Source: a virus (Duplodnaviria; Caudoviricetes). Taken from it: a stretch of 64,000 nt of DNA. The stretch spans positions 3,744 to 67,743 of IMG/VR virus record IMGVR_UViG_3300031760_000050. One strand, given 5' to 3'. Below the pieces are notes generated by a model. It was given only the letters and a program-made list of their open reading frames with translations. It made no database searches and was not told where the DNA came from. The position numbers were made by a program, and so were the translations under genes. This document shows positions 28,801 to 39,200 of this stretch, one piece after another; the stretch's first letter is position 1, and each line of letters opens with the position of its first letter.

Positions 28801-30453
28801 CGTGAAATTGATACTGAAGGTACGCTCACATGGAAAGGGCCTGGTGGTTGTGGTATTGATGATGCTTATACACTATCGAGACGCGCTTACGACAAGTCAA
28901 TGATTGGTACGGTTGCAGCATCTTCTCCTGATTCTTCAAGTGTCGGTATTACTCGTTATATGAGTATGAATCCGAAAATTATCAATCTTCTTGGATTCGT
29001 TGAAAACGGTGAAGAGATTGGGTCTAAAGGCGTAGACTACGGAAATCTCGGCTCAGCTTCTGAGCTTACAGCTCCATTTGCTATTGACCACGACGATCCG
29101 AAACGCTTGGCATTCGTTACAAAAGAGACAAAACACTTGATGCCATCAAATGATACCGACCCGCAGATGATTGGTAACGGCGTTGAGAAAGTTCTTCCGT
29201 ACATGGCGAGTAATGACTTCTCAGTAGTTGCAAAGCAGGATGGTAAAGTTATCTTCTTAGATAAAGAGAATCTTGGTATTGCTATCGTTCAGTACAAAGA
29301 CGGAACGAAAGAAACCATTGATATTAAAGACCGCGAGCATCGCAATGGCGGTATGTCGATGTATATCGAAGCTCGCAGAGACTTTAAGTTCAAGAAAGGT
29401 GACTCGTTCAAGAAAAACGATATGCTTGCTTGTAATCCGTCGTACTTCACAACGACGAGAGACCCAAGTCATCCTGAATATTGTCCGGGAGTTTTGGCAA
29501 ACGTTGCTATTATCATGAGTTATTCAACCTATGAAGACTCTTCGATGATTTCGACACGTATCTCTGAAAAGATGAGTACGCAAGTTATCTTGCCGAAGAA
29601 AATCGTAATTGACGCTAAAGCGAGATTGATTTCTTGTGTACGTCCTGGAGACCACGTTGAATGCGGCGACCCGTTGATGGTATTTGAGGATGCATCTGAT
29701 GAAGAGCTCAACTCAATCATTGCAGCGAACGCTACAGATGAGGATTTCTACGATGGAATCGAAGATATCTATAAGAGAACACCGAAAGCTAAATGCTCAG
29801 GTGTAATCCACGATATCAAGATTTACTACACCGTTCCTTACGGCGAGATGAGTGATTCGGTTGCTAAACTCGTCAAGAGCTACGACAAGAAAATCAAAGA
29901 CCGTTTGAAGGTTATTGAACAGTATGGAGCTTCAAATCCTGATGAAATTATTACCGACCACGTAGGTGTATCTACACCAAACAGTCAGGGTAAACTTGAT
30001 GGAGAGTTCTGTCCTGTTGGGAAAGTGCTTATCGAAATCTTCCAGAAGTACACAGACTATCCAGGAGCTGGAGATAAAGTAACGTTCCAGAGTTCTATGA
30101 AGACGACAATTCATCGTACGCTTCCGAAGGAACTCACTCCGTATCCTTTGAATCATCCAGAACGTCCTATTGATGCATTGCTTTCGCCGATTTCAGTAAA
30201 TGCTCGTATGGTAACATCAATTTTCTTTATGCTTTACGGTAACAAGCTCGTTGCCGGATTAAAAGAGAAGATTCGTGGAATCTACGATAAATATGCTAAA
30301 GGTGAACGTAATGTCAAAATGGAAGACCACTCGGTACTTCCTGAGATTGGAGAGAATGAAATAAGTCTTGAAGATTCGGTAAATGCATTTGTCAATGAGT
30401 TTAACCGTAGATTCGATGAAATCCACGGTGATGACTTCGTAGATGACGAGTAA
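25894..30453 (+). CDS. rpoB: RNA polymerase beta subunit, apparently unsplit, with long N-terminal extension (probably virion RNAP)
   Basis: YNVPKLVNG.FYI.G, TWKGPGG, SSPDSSSVG, YSTYEDS, GDKVT, PIDALLSPISVNARM; GGAGG SD before ATG 25894. Confidence 0.9.
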   Translation: MRYLSTYRQLKMYRTTSSGFMFDPKDKKKPKVGTELIILKPGLDNLIDILENKTFYLRYFQSYFTEKLTRQKMMTGKIITKRQKLVDVYADIKKRLPFIKFTYLDPKQYQNKNLIYDTSIKLSMIDYVPVDNRMRYIKQVSMIIDSLITDPRFANWSNKYIIMQIDSSARPIESYYMRQNIASLNQVMLHRLFYMPETLTEYIGKKFIFINQTGIFTWFELKAEHLAEKSQERSIMIQSLKRFFKIMYAYNVSDVDEISQSEDAFEVETKEEAEQAESPFELRVNAMANAISKGNKVSANRIKNELIDSEGEPEDVEDEETYDYDEAADDEDSILNTIEKNRKAILKEEEELAKSAEEERVDEDIAELDKNSMEITDALENPDDYIDEEIEKEAEKVVKKAKKTQVPRQHTEKELKRIKELEDNFQSIKVQGDSEHRDFKKMLKDFEAIQFPTKDLPVDGVNASIKQTSAHDFTVQYEKKMLDATIVAIMKQFENNKEIKLICTGMKKEDVSDNLNAMWKYTFEFEDEFGKKHKIAYNVPKLVNGKFFYIAGVKKMLETQIALIPVVKLGPERVNIQTAHNRMELTRFGTTRSFDPKITALKKYIDHMIPGNGKFGITVKIGNSSAMNLNYPTTLEYDNLSKSYYLITVETEDKKSGVTFMFNQHDIRLMMEDAGINYVDKPNSFPVAITHDRKVISINRNTGTDTEGKHCGVTDLIVSAIKKFSKAPDVETYFGQVSVPKSYTYTRLFYISRNIAFGVFLGYLFGLETLMQRMSLKYEFTPTRKHFTNRADKLKQHCIVFKDGFLYYDVNPVRNSLIMNGINAEMNCANYNFADMNEPDPYLDAMQELFRTKQMAKGYIAAREFMMDPISVEVMKYLGLPYEFLDVMLYANSLLADNSSNDPKSMKINRLRKMEVIPLLMYKSMVESFMKYRNRQNRKGSTMSVDENDVLKRIMDSGVCNDYDTLNPVREIDTEGTLTWKGPGGCGIDDAYTLSRRAYDKSMIGTVAASSPDSSSVGITRYMSMNPKIINLLGFVENGEEIGSKGVDYGNLGSASELTAPFAIDHDDPKRLAFVTKETKHLMPSNDTDPQMIGNGVEKVLPYMASNDFSVVAKQDGKVIFLDKENLGIAIVQYKDGTKETIDIKDREHRNGGMSMYIEARRDFKFKKGDSFKKNDMLACNPSYFTTTRDPSHPEYCPGVLANVAIIMSYSTYEDSSMISTRISEKMSTQVILPKKIVIDAKARLISCVRPGDHVECGDPLMVFEDASDEELNSIIAANATDEDFYDGIEDIYKRTPKAKCSGVIHDIKIYYTVPYGEMSDSVAKLVKSYDKKIKDRLKVIEQYGASNPDEIITDHVGVSTPNSQGKLDGEFCPVGKVLIEIFQKYTDYPGAGDKVTFQSSMKTTIHRTLPKELTPYPLNHPERPIDALLSPISVNARMVTSIFFMLYGNKLVAGLKEKIRGIYDKYAKGERNVKMEDHSVLPEIGENEISLEDSVNAFVNEFNRRFDEIHGDDFVDDE

Positions 30454-30486
30454 ATAAGAGTCTCCGCCCTAGGGCGGAGACATCTT

Positions 30487-31134
30487 TTATGCGTTGTAGA
30501 TTTTGCCGTTCGGCAAGAAGACGATACCAAAGTGGTTACCGCCAGCCTTCTCAGTGGCTTTCCAGAAATAGTCGAAAGGTTCAATGACGTCATCGCCATC
30601 GTAACCAACCGGTTTGTAGTTCTTCAACGGATTGCCGTAAGAATCATCTACGATGAAATGCGTAAGTTTCGAGTTCTTGTCTTCGGTAATGAAACCGACG
30701 ACACAAACTACGTGTGCAAACTTACAGAAACGTCCTGAAGTAACGAACGCTCCGCCTTGTGAAATAACGTCTTTAACACCGTCCGCAGTAATTTTTCCAA
30801 TGAACTTACATACGTCCTTACCCCACCACTGATTCATCGCATACTCTTCAACACGGTAGATTTCACGATAGTCGTAGTCCTGATTGATGAAGTCTACGAT
30901 GTCTTTCTGTGAATCCGCCCAATCGGTAATTTCTTTTGAGTGGATAAACCAATCGTACTGATCTTCCGGCTGAGAGTATTTCGCCTGGTCTTTACATTTC
31001 GGTTTTGGAAAGTTCAAAAGACCGACAGTTGCACATGCATTAATCATTGAAGTTGGAAAACAAGACACACCAGGGAACCTTTCGTTGTTCGTCTGCTTAT
31101 AATACTCTCCAACTTTAGAGTTATTTACAACCAT
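30487..31134 (-). CDS. C39-like cysteine peptidase
   Basis: QTNN...SCFPTS, AHVVCVVG, IVDDSYG (Q-C-H-D). Confidence 0.75.
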   Translation of the reverse strand: MVVNNSKVGEYYKQTNNERFPGVSCFPTSMINACATVGLLNFPKPKCKDQAKYSQPEDQYDWFIHSKEITDWADSQKDIVDFINQDYDYREIYRVEEYAMNQWWGKDVCKFIGKITADGVKDVISQGGAFVTSGRFCKFAHVVCVVGFITEDKNSKLTHFIVDDSYGNPLKNYKPVGYDGDDVIEPFDYFWKATEKAGGNHFGIVFLPNGKIYNA

Positions 31135-31150
31135 ATTATCCTCCGTAGTA

Positions 31151-31681
31151 TTATTTTTGGACAATGATATCAAATCTCTTTTGAGGGAGATTTGGTACAC
31201 CACAGATACGCTTTGTAAGCGTAGTCATCACATAGTTGTGGTAGATTTTTGCTGCTGTTTGTGAAGTGATTTTCGGTTTATATTTATTCATCAGATGCGC
31301 CTCAACTTCACGTAATATCTGAAACGTAATCTCATTATAAAGATATCCGTTAATCATAGTTAGTTCATTGAAGTTAATCCGATGACCATCTTTGAGATTC
31401 ATCTCATTAATGAGATATTTTGAAGGGGCTATCTGAATTATCCCGCAGTTAAGATAATCTTCAGTATGACATGCTTGCACGCGATTTCCACAGTTCACTG
31501 TAGTAAATAATGAAAAGTGGACTGTAGATGGAACGATATCTGTGAGCATCTGCACGATTGTGTAGAACCCGTTATCAACGTTTATCCATCGGCGGTATGC
31601 TAAGTCAACGTATTGAAATATTTTTTCAGGTGATGTATCACCGGAGCTGGGTGCTCCTTGTTTTCCAGTATAGTTTTCCAT
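31151..31681 (-). CDS. Hypothetical protein, 176 aa (start uncertain)
   Basis: ORF in operon; overlaps RusA gene end by 82 nt. Confidence 0.65.
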   Translation of the reverse strand: MENYTGKQGAPSSGDTSPEKIFQYVDLAYRRWINVDNGFYTIVQMLTDIVPSTVHFSLFTTVNCGNRVQACHTEDYLNCGIIQIAPSKYLINEMNLKDGHRINFNELTMINGYLYNEITFQILREVEAHLMNKYKPKITSQTAAKIYHNYVMTTLTKRICGVPNLPQKRFDIIVQK

Positions 31682-32271
31682 TTTTCCCTACGCTGCTTTA
31701 TAGTATTCTTATGGACAATCTCCAACGGAGATGCATTATAGATGACTTCAAACTCGTACCTCGGCACTTCTGAATAAAACTTTTCAGTTACATCAGTGAC
31801 AATCTGAGCATCATCGTATATAATGAATGATTTAATTGCGTCATTTACAATCTTCTCAATATTGTCAGTGTCTGGTATAACGATTGGTCTGAGAATCCCG
31901 CATTCTGCGAGATATTTGGCTTCACGACTGAACGACTTCGGAGTTGGTATATAAAACCTTGCGCGAACTATAGTCTCTGTAAATCTTGGGAAGAACCCAT
32001 TTAAGAAACAGTCCGGACCAAGTTCACTCAACATAAGGTCTCGTATATTCGCAACCATCTTCTGTTTGTCGGGCACATACATTGTCATCGTTCTTGGATT
32101 TACTCGAACTTGCCGGTATGGTATAGGCTCAGTAAGAACGGTAATTGGAATGACATATGCTCTGGTCGCATAGTTCACATGTCTTGCACGAAACAGAAAC
32201 TCCTCGTCATCAGTGATATTGTATTTCTTTTTTACGTTGTCAACGTAAGCTTGTCTGTTAAAAGATTCCAT
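31600..32271 (-). CDS. rusA: RusA-like Holliday junction resolvase
   Basis: PDTDNIEKIVNDA...DDAQIV...KFYSEVPRYE. Confidence 0.88.
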   Translation of the reverse strand: MESFNRQAYVDNVKKKYNITDDEEFLFRARHVNYATRAYVIPITVLTEPIPYRQVRVNPRTMTMYVPDKQKMVANIRDLMLSELGPDCFLNGFFPRFTETIVRARFYIPTPKSFSREAKYLAECGILRPIVIPDTDNIEKIVNDAIKSFIIYDDAQIVTDVTEKFYSEVPRYEFEVIYNASPLEIVHKNTIKQRREKWKTILENKEHPAPVIHHLKKYFNTLT

Positions 32272-32287
32272 ATCTTAATGTCCATAC

Positions 32288-33973
32288 TTATTTAGCAAAG
32301 AACTCAAGAGGGAACCTCGTTCCGGGTATCTTGGAGATTGCTCCTGCCACAGCATTATCCCAATAGAGTGGATCTACAAGACGTTTCCAACTACGACCAG
32401 AACGTTTCATCCAGTTCTTAATTTTATGTGGGAAGTCCTGACATGTGAATGTATCAAGGCCACCAAGACAGTTGAGATAATCAGACAACGGAGTATTGTA
32501 GTGCCCAGCATATTTGCGACCTTCACCACCCATGAGTGACATTACCATCGTTCCGAACATGTCACGAATATTGAGAGTAACGTCGATAGAACGTGGGAAG
32601 CGATGAACCGTCCAGTCATTCTTATCAGTAGACCGCTGAATTGATACAGATTCAACCATACCCATATCACAAGATAACCATCCGCGAGACCGAAGTCTGA
32701 TAAGCGGAGGCGATGCGTAAACTGCAGAATCGACTTGCTCGGGCCAGCAGAACGCAAGAATACAAGCTAACGGGAACAGGACGTTCTCGTAGTATGTAAT
32801 CAAATCTCCAAGTGGAGCATGAAGTTTAATCGTAAGTGATATACTTCGAGACATTGTAGAATTCTTCCAAATCTGTGGAAATAGAAGATTGCCACCAGTT
32901 TTCAAGATTGCTGCAGCTCCAGAAGAAACTACAGATAAAGCACTTTCAGCTCCAGAAATAATTGAAGTTGCTCCGCCAATTAAATGCTCAGAAATACTAT
33001 GAGACTCTCCACCTTTACTCTGAGTAAGATACATAGCTTCACGTGCCATATCCATCTTATCATTACCGACGATAGTATCTTTAATCATTGATTCACCGAT
33101 CTCATTATTGTAGCTTTCAGACATCTGAGACGACTTTTCAACGCGAATTGGTATGAAGCTTGAGTGACTCAGTTGGGTGTCTTGTGAAGAAAGAATTTTG
33201 TTTGCAAACGAGTAGTAAGATTGGAAACGTGTGAGAATGTCAACGTTCTTACCGTCATCACGTTCAAAGTATCCTTGCTCTTCGTAGTATTCATCAAGAC
33301 CAAGACGAACTAAAAGCTCTTCCGTGATACCAGCAACGTAATTACGGTACTTTGTCCAGCAAGGCTGAAAGTCATAAAATTTCATCGGGTTTGAACGATT
33401 ATTAGACATATCAACCATTTCCTTTGCTAATGAACCGATATCAAACTCTGATTTCTTATACAAGCTTTCGCTGACAATGGCTTTTTGTAATGCACTGAAC
33501 TTATTATTTCCGAGAATACCTCCGAGGAATCCACCAGCGCCGAACTTTGGCATACCCGGTTGCATGAATACAATCATATCGTTTGGACGAATCTCTGAGT
33601 TGTATACACGACCAAAGTTTACACCACTCTGACCAGCAGTTCTCGGGTCTGCGTAATCATTATATTGCCACAACGGATTCAAAACACCACGTTTGCCGAT
33701 TTCAAGAGTAGAATAATCTACCGTATCTCCAGTAACCCCAGCATCATCAGCAGTATCTGGAGCTTTCTTATGTAATGCACCCTGAGGTTGAGGGAACTCA
33801 ATAGAACTCATGACGTTCTCGTTTACCAAAGCTGAACCGTAAGTAAATGGATTTGCAAATGCTACAGCGTTAGCACACTCATCCGCGGTTCCGAACGTGT
33901 CTATTGTAGTATCCTTAAAATTGGAAGTTCTCTCAGGGTCATTGTCATATTCATCAAGATATAGCAGTTCCAT
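32288..33973 (-). CDS. Baseplate/tail-tube cap protein, T4 gp48-like
   Basis: PQIWKNST..RSISLTIKL, PPLIRL, GMVESVSI, FPRSIDVTL. Confidence 0.7.
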   Translation of the reverse strand: MELLYLDEYDNDPERTSNFKDTTIDTFGTADECANAVAFANPFTYGSALVNENVMSSIEFPQPQGALHKKAPDTADDAGVTGDTVDYSTLEIGKRGVLNPLWQYNDYADPRTAGQSGVNFGRVYNSEIRPNDMIVFMQPGMPKFGAGGFLGGILGNNKFSALQKAIVSESLYKKSEFDIGSLAKEMVDMSNNRSNPMKFYDFQPCWTKYRNYVAGITEELLVRLGLDEYYEEQGYFERDDGKNVDILTRFQSYYSFANKILSSQDTQLSHSSFIPIRVEKSSQMSESYNNEIGESMIKDTIVGNDKMDMAREAMYLTQSKGGESHSISEHLIGGATSIISGAESALSVVSSGAAAILKTGGNLLFPQIWKNSTMSRSISLTIKLHAPLGDLITYYENVLFPLACILAFCWPEQVDSAVYASPPLIRLRSRGWLSCDMGMVESVSIQRSTDKNDWTVHRFPRSIDVTLNIRDMFGTMVMSLMGGEGRKYAGHYNTPLSDYLNCLGGLDTFTCQDFPHKIKNWMKRSGRSWKRLVDPLYWDNAVAGAISKIPGTRFPLEFFAK

Positions 33974-34000
33974 AATAAGACTCTCCTTTTCTGCGAGAAT

Positions 34001-34012
34001 TACGAGTTTGTT
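34001..34012 (-). promoter_or_regulatory. Late-type promoter
   Basis: AACAaactcgTA, same N6 as 34508 copy. Confidence 0.72.
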
Positions 34013-34093
34013 TTTCAACATAAATTATTGCGATTTTTGAAAAAAAATAGACAAGGGATTCGTCCCTTGTCTATTTTGGTAACATAATGAATC

Positions 34094-34447
34094 TTATCTG
34101 AAACGTACACCACACATGACCGGAAATCTCATGCAAGTATTTCCAGCATGATTTGCATTGTAGATGTCAGAGAATCTTCGAGTTCCTCTCGGAAGCCACA
34201 TGGCTGCAGGAGTCATTTGGTTATTCATGAACTCTCTTCCCCAACTTGTCTGCATGAGCATCATCACAGAGTACGATTCTTTAGCTGCGTTTGCACTCGC
34301 AATCTCAAGATTCATAATGTGATTCATCTCGTTCATTAATTCTAATGAACGTTCCTCAATCATCTTCTTTGCCTCTTGAATAGCCTTGTAACTAAGTTTC
34401 TCGGCGTCTTCTTTGATAGGCTCGAAGTCTTTGAAATCGTCTTTCAT
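34094..34447 (-). CDS. Hypothetical early protein, 117 aa
   Basis: Early-type motif and GAGG SD. Confidence 0.7.
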   Translation of the reverse strand: MKDDFKDFEPIKEDAEKLSYKAIQEAKKMIEERSLELMNEMNHIMNLEIASANAAKESYSVMMLMQTSWGREFMNNQMTPAAMWLPRGTRRFSDIYNANHAGNTCMRFPVMCGVRFR

Positions 34448-34463
34448 GTTACTACCTCAAGTT

Positions 34464-34475
34464 TATGATGTATAT
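34464..34475 (-). promoter_or_regulatory. Early-type promoter motif
   Basis: ATATACATCATA. Confidence 0.65.
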
Positions 34476-34507
34476 CTCAATAGAAAATCCCTAAAAATAC
34501 AAGGAAA

Positions 34508-34519
34508 AACAAACTCGTA
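34508..34519 (+). promoter_or_regulatory. Late-type promoter
   Basis: AACAaactcgTA before baseplate operon. Confidence 0.72.
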
Positions 34520-34550
34520 ATCTTTATGTTTCATAAATGGAGGTTGTAAA

Positions 34551-36194
34551 ATGCCAAGTTCTATGCTTTATGAAGGTACCGAAAGTCTTGAAGGTAAAAT
34601 TACTGATGAAGCGCAGAATGCAATCAATTCACTTACTGGCAAATCAGAGACAAAAGCAAAAACTCCGGCAGATGAAGAATCCAGAAGGAAAACGCTTGAA
34701 GAGAAGACTAGCATATTATATGGTGCAGCTATTGCTTCTGCAGGTGGTGGATATCCAGATGATACGGCTTACTACAGAGCATATAACTCTTTACATCGTC
34801 TTGATTATTTCAACCCTAACGTTACTGGTAATCTTCACGTATTTGTAACACGTCCAAATCTCTTTTTAGCTCCACAAAATCTCAAGATGAGCACAAAGTT
34901 CATGCAAGCTTGTCTTACCGAAGAAGGATGTTTGGTTCTCGGTTCTCTTTGTCGTCCAGGATTCGACCCTTCTGAAATTACAGCGAAAGCTAATAAAGGT
35001 GATCGTCCTCTAAGAAACCGAGTTCCTATTCCTACATGGGTCGAAGATACTGTAGATGGCGAAATTGTAGGTGGACATTTCGATTGGAATAATAAAAGTG
35101 CCGGTGATGCACCTATGGATTGGGATAACCCGTTCTTTACAATGGGAGCGACCCCATCAAACAATGATGCTGCCGCAGCCGCAAATAACCTTCATCGTTG
35201 GGGTACGATGCAAGGTACTGGTTACGGAAACTCTGGTTATGGTGGAGTTGGTGCTACACCATTCATTCCTTTGCTTTCAAACCTTACTACATCAATTCAA
35301 GGAATCAAGGATATTGGAATTGACTCTTACGAGTATGATGGCGATATGGCGGGTCATAAAACGTCTGATGCATCTGGGTATACTGACTCAAAAATGGGCG
35401 GTGAAGTAACTCTTACCTGTTACGAGACCGCAAATATGGGCGTGACAAGTTTGATTGATTTCTGGACGCTTTATATTGATCTTGTCACAAAGGGTATTAT
35501 GAACGCGGGTATCGAGGAAAGTATTAAACCGTGTATTTACGATTACATGTGTTCTATTTACTGGTTCGTTACTGGTATGGATGGTTATACAATTAAACTC
35601 TATGGTCGTCTTACTGGTGCGTGGCCCGTAAATATTCCAATTTCTTCTCTCATACCAAGCAAACGCGGTTCTTCAGTAGACCCGGAAATCTCGATTCCAT
35701 TCAAGTACAATCATCCTGAGGTTAATAACCCTGAAATCCTCAATGATTTTAACTGGTTGGTAGACCGTGCTATTTATAGCTTAGGTAACCAGAAAGGCGC
35801 GTTGACTCCAGGACCTCGTGTATTGAACTCTAAAGTTCGCGCATGGAAAGAAAAATACTACGATGACAAGAACGGTGTTTCAACTATTCAGCTCAAAGAT
35901 ACAACCGAACTGTACGGTCGTGGTAAGTATGATAACGGAAATCCTGTTGTTGGAGAGTACAAATATCATCCAACTTCAAAGACATATCGCAACGGGTCAA
36001 GTGAACCTGGTGCGCAGTTCAGAATACTTATACCAAATGAAATGAATGCTTGGTTTGGTCATCCGTATATCTTGAACGGACATCTTGTATACAGAACTCT
36101 TGACGGAGAATCTACTATTGCATCTTCTTACAGTGGTTCAGACCCATCAAAACGGCAAAAACGTATTTCACCAGAATATCGTTTTGGATTATAA
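34551..36194 (+). CDS. Tail tube-like baseplate tube initiator (gp54/gp19 fold)
   Basis: VFVTRPNL, VTLTCYET...IDFW..YI, SIYWFV...LTGAWPVNIP. Confidence 0.65.
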   Translation: MPSSMLYEGTESLEGKITDEAQNAINSLTGKSETKAKTPADEESRRKTLEEKTSILYGAAIASAGGGYPDDTAYYRAYNSLHRLDYFNPNVTGNLHVFVTRPNLFLAPQNLKMSTKFMQACLTEEGCLVLGSLCRPGFDPSEITAKANKGDRPLRNRVPIPTWVEDTVDGEIVGGHFDWNNKSAGDAPMDWDNPFFTMGATPSNNDAAAAANNLHRWGTMQGTGYGNSGYGGVGATPFIPLLSNLTTSIQGIKDIGIDSYEYDGDMAGHKTSDASGYTDSKMGGEVTLTCYETANMGVTSLIDFWTLYIDLVTKGIMNAGIEESIKPCIYDYMCSIYWFVTGMDGYTIKLYGRLTGAWPVNIPISSLIPSKRGSSVDPEISIPFKYNHPEVNNPEILNDFNWLVDRAIYSLGNQKGALTPGPRVLNSKVRAWKEKYYDDKNGVSTIQLKDTTELYGRGKYDNGNPVVGEYKYHPTSKTYRNGSSEPGAQFRILIPNEMNAWFGHPYILNGHLVYRTLDGESTIASSYSGSDPSKRQKRISPEYRFGL

Positions 36195-36212
36195 AATAGG
36201 AGGTTAAAAGCT

Positions 36213-39200
36213 ATGGCTGTGACCGATATGCTTGATATTACTGAGTATGGAAAGTCCTCAGCGAATCTTAAGGCTAAGTTTATAGATACATTGAGAGCTA
36301 GGTTCGATAGTTCAAGAACAGATGGTGCTGAACCTAGTCCACTCAATGCCGGTATTATCGGCTTAACTCTTGATATGAACGCAAATGCTATCGAAGATGC
36401 TTACTTCGAGAGTGTAACTCGTGGTAAAGAAATCTTTGTTGCATCTGCGAAGTTTGACGACAGTATTTATACTGAAGCAGCAAGCTGTAAAATCAATGAG
36501 TTCTTTGCTAAACCGGCAGCGATTGATATCTTGATTGGTATTCCTACTTCAGATATAGTAGACCACGCTATCCCTGTATCTGGAGGCGCTTACTCCAAAA
36601 TTACACTTAGTGCAAAAACGCACTTCATCCTTGATAACTACGTGTATATGCTGGACTATCCAGTAGACATAACGTATAAGAAAACTCAAAACTCTGAGAA
36701 GTCTATCTTCTCTTGTAAGTACGTGCTTACCAATCCTAATCAATTCTCTGATGTGAACTCAACGTATATCGTTGGCGTCATTCAGGTCGTTGACGGGATG
36801 GAATACTATGTATTCAAAGTACGTGCTCATCAGGTTAAGCTTACTTCAGAGCGTCAGGTATTCCTCGGACGTGCAAACGCAACTGATATCTTCGAGTATG
36901 ACTACGAAAATCAGCTTGCAGGATTTGAAGTCTTCTGGAGACAGAATAACAAGCAGAGCTGGACGAAGCTTGAGAATATTTACAACGGTATGCTTGTGTC
37001 AAAAGACCAGAAGATTGCTTACTACCGTTTGGGCGACCAAAAAATTGAAATCTCATTTCCGAATGCGTCAAACAAGTGGCATCCCGAAATCAATAACCAA
37101 TTCCTTATCAATATCTACACTACGAATGGTAAGGATGGCAACTTTAATTACATTTCTTCAGATGTAGCGATTCTATTGCAGCAGGATTCTGGCGAAGTGT
37201 ACGAAGCAGCTTTCTCAGGAATTACTCCTGCAATTCAGCTGGCGTCTTCTACATCAAGTGGTGGCGAAGATATGCCGACGATTGATTCTATTCGTCAGCG
37301 CGTAATTAGTTTTAAGGCTTCACGTGAAGTTATCATTTCGGATAAAGACTTGCTAAGAATCATCAAGCAATACGGTTTCAATATCGTAAAGCAGCGGGAT
37401 GATATCCTCATGCGTCAATTCGTTACTTATGCTTTGCTGCAGAATAAAGCAAAAGGTTTCACACTTCCCGGACGCACCTCTGAGATTCAGGTTGGTGTAA
37501 ATGAACTCCAGAAGTTCAATGAAACTGATTCTCTTGGAGTTCCATCATCAGATGTCTTCCAGTTCTGGTTGGCAGATGACGCTGAGTCGGAGAATATCTC
37601 AAGGTTTGTGTGTAAACAACCGCAAACTATCGAGACAACTTCAACAGCAAAGACTGATGCTTACCGAATGTCTGTAGGTTCATCTCATAACGTTGAGTTT
37701 TTGGACAATAAGGGTGCTGAAACAGCAGTTATGGTTCTTGCAGACAATATGGAGTTTGAATCAAACCGTATTTATGACAACGAGACAATCTGTTTCTATG
37801 GCGAAAATGTAAATGAGTTCAAACTCGGAAACTATAAGACTACAAATACAGTCGAAATCTACCTGATGTCAAATACGAACGACGTTTTGGTGAAACTTAA
37901 TTTAGGTTACGATGATGAAGTCTTAAACCGCGTTACTATCAAAAAAGGTTTCCGCTACAGAATAAAGTGGAACCTTAATAAGTGGATTCTTGTCAACGCA
38001 GAAGATCCGCTTGCGATAGATGACTCGCAGTTCCCAGATGAAGACGGTAAGCTTCCTACAATTCAGTATCTTGAAATGCCAGCAGTTCAAAACGTTGGTA
38101 CAGAGTTCTACTTTGTAAACCACACTGAAAAGACTACGGTTACTATTGGATATCGTTATGTAAACGAATTCAATCAGAACGTTTTGAAAACCGTGCAGGT
38201 TCCTGTTCACAACGTAGTTAAGTTTATAGCAGATTACAACTCCCAGTGGACCATAGAAAAAATCGGTTTGGAAACCGATAATCTCACACCAACATTAGCC
38301 CTCAAGAATAAGAACTGGACGGTTCTCTACCAGTGGTATGAGAAATACGGCGGAATGCTTATGATGTGTCCGTTCGTTATCCGAGTTCTTAAGAATCCGT
38401 ATATGGCGGCGTTATATAACGTGTGCGTTAATACATCAGCAACCACAGTATTCAAGTACAATAACACCAACTCATACGAGAAGTTTAGTGTAAACTCGAT
38501 TTCAGTAGTTCGCAAGTCAATTCTTGACAATTACTACGAGGTTACTTGTGCATTGTCAGTATCAGACACAATTTATAACGCGTTCCTTGAAACTGACGAT
38601 ATGTCAAACTTCCCTGTACGTTTGAAGGTTGAGTTCTTGAAGTCTGACGGTTCTTCGTTCGGATACTTCTCACTCAAACAAATGTGGGTCGATGAAGAAG
38701 TTCCTAATAAAATCTACTTCAGTTCACGCCTGAGAACTCAGGATATGATTAGTGCAAAAGACTGGATTTACATTGATTCGGTCGAAGACCCTGACAATCC
38801 TGAATATACTTACATCGTCCCTACTGATGAATCAACGTTCTTGGATGGAAAGATTAAGCCGTCTGCACCGCAGCGTCTTGCATTCAGTAGTAAGTTACGT
38901 GTAAACGTCATTTACCAGCCTGATTTTGAGATTACTAACGAAGAATCTGGACATCTTCTTACAGACGACGAAAAGAATAACCTCTTTATCGTTTCTGATA
39001 TCTTCGAAACCGAAGATGAGATTAACTTTGTCCAGAACGTTTCTGACATCTTCGCTACACGTCTTAACGTTATTAAGACAGCTGGCGAATACTTCAAATA
39101 CTCAAATGACATTTATCAGAGATATGAGAAGACTGAATACAAGAAGGATGAAAATGGTATGTATGACACCGACGCTAACGGAGATTTCATTATTCTCCAT

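Noticed and set aside
15919-30453. Group I introns or inteins in RNAP and polymerase genes, as in AR9
   Set aside because: ORFs are continuous with expected motif spacing; no LAGLIDADG or C...HN signatures seen
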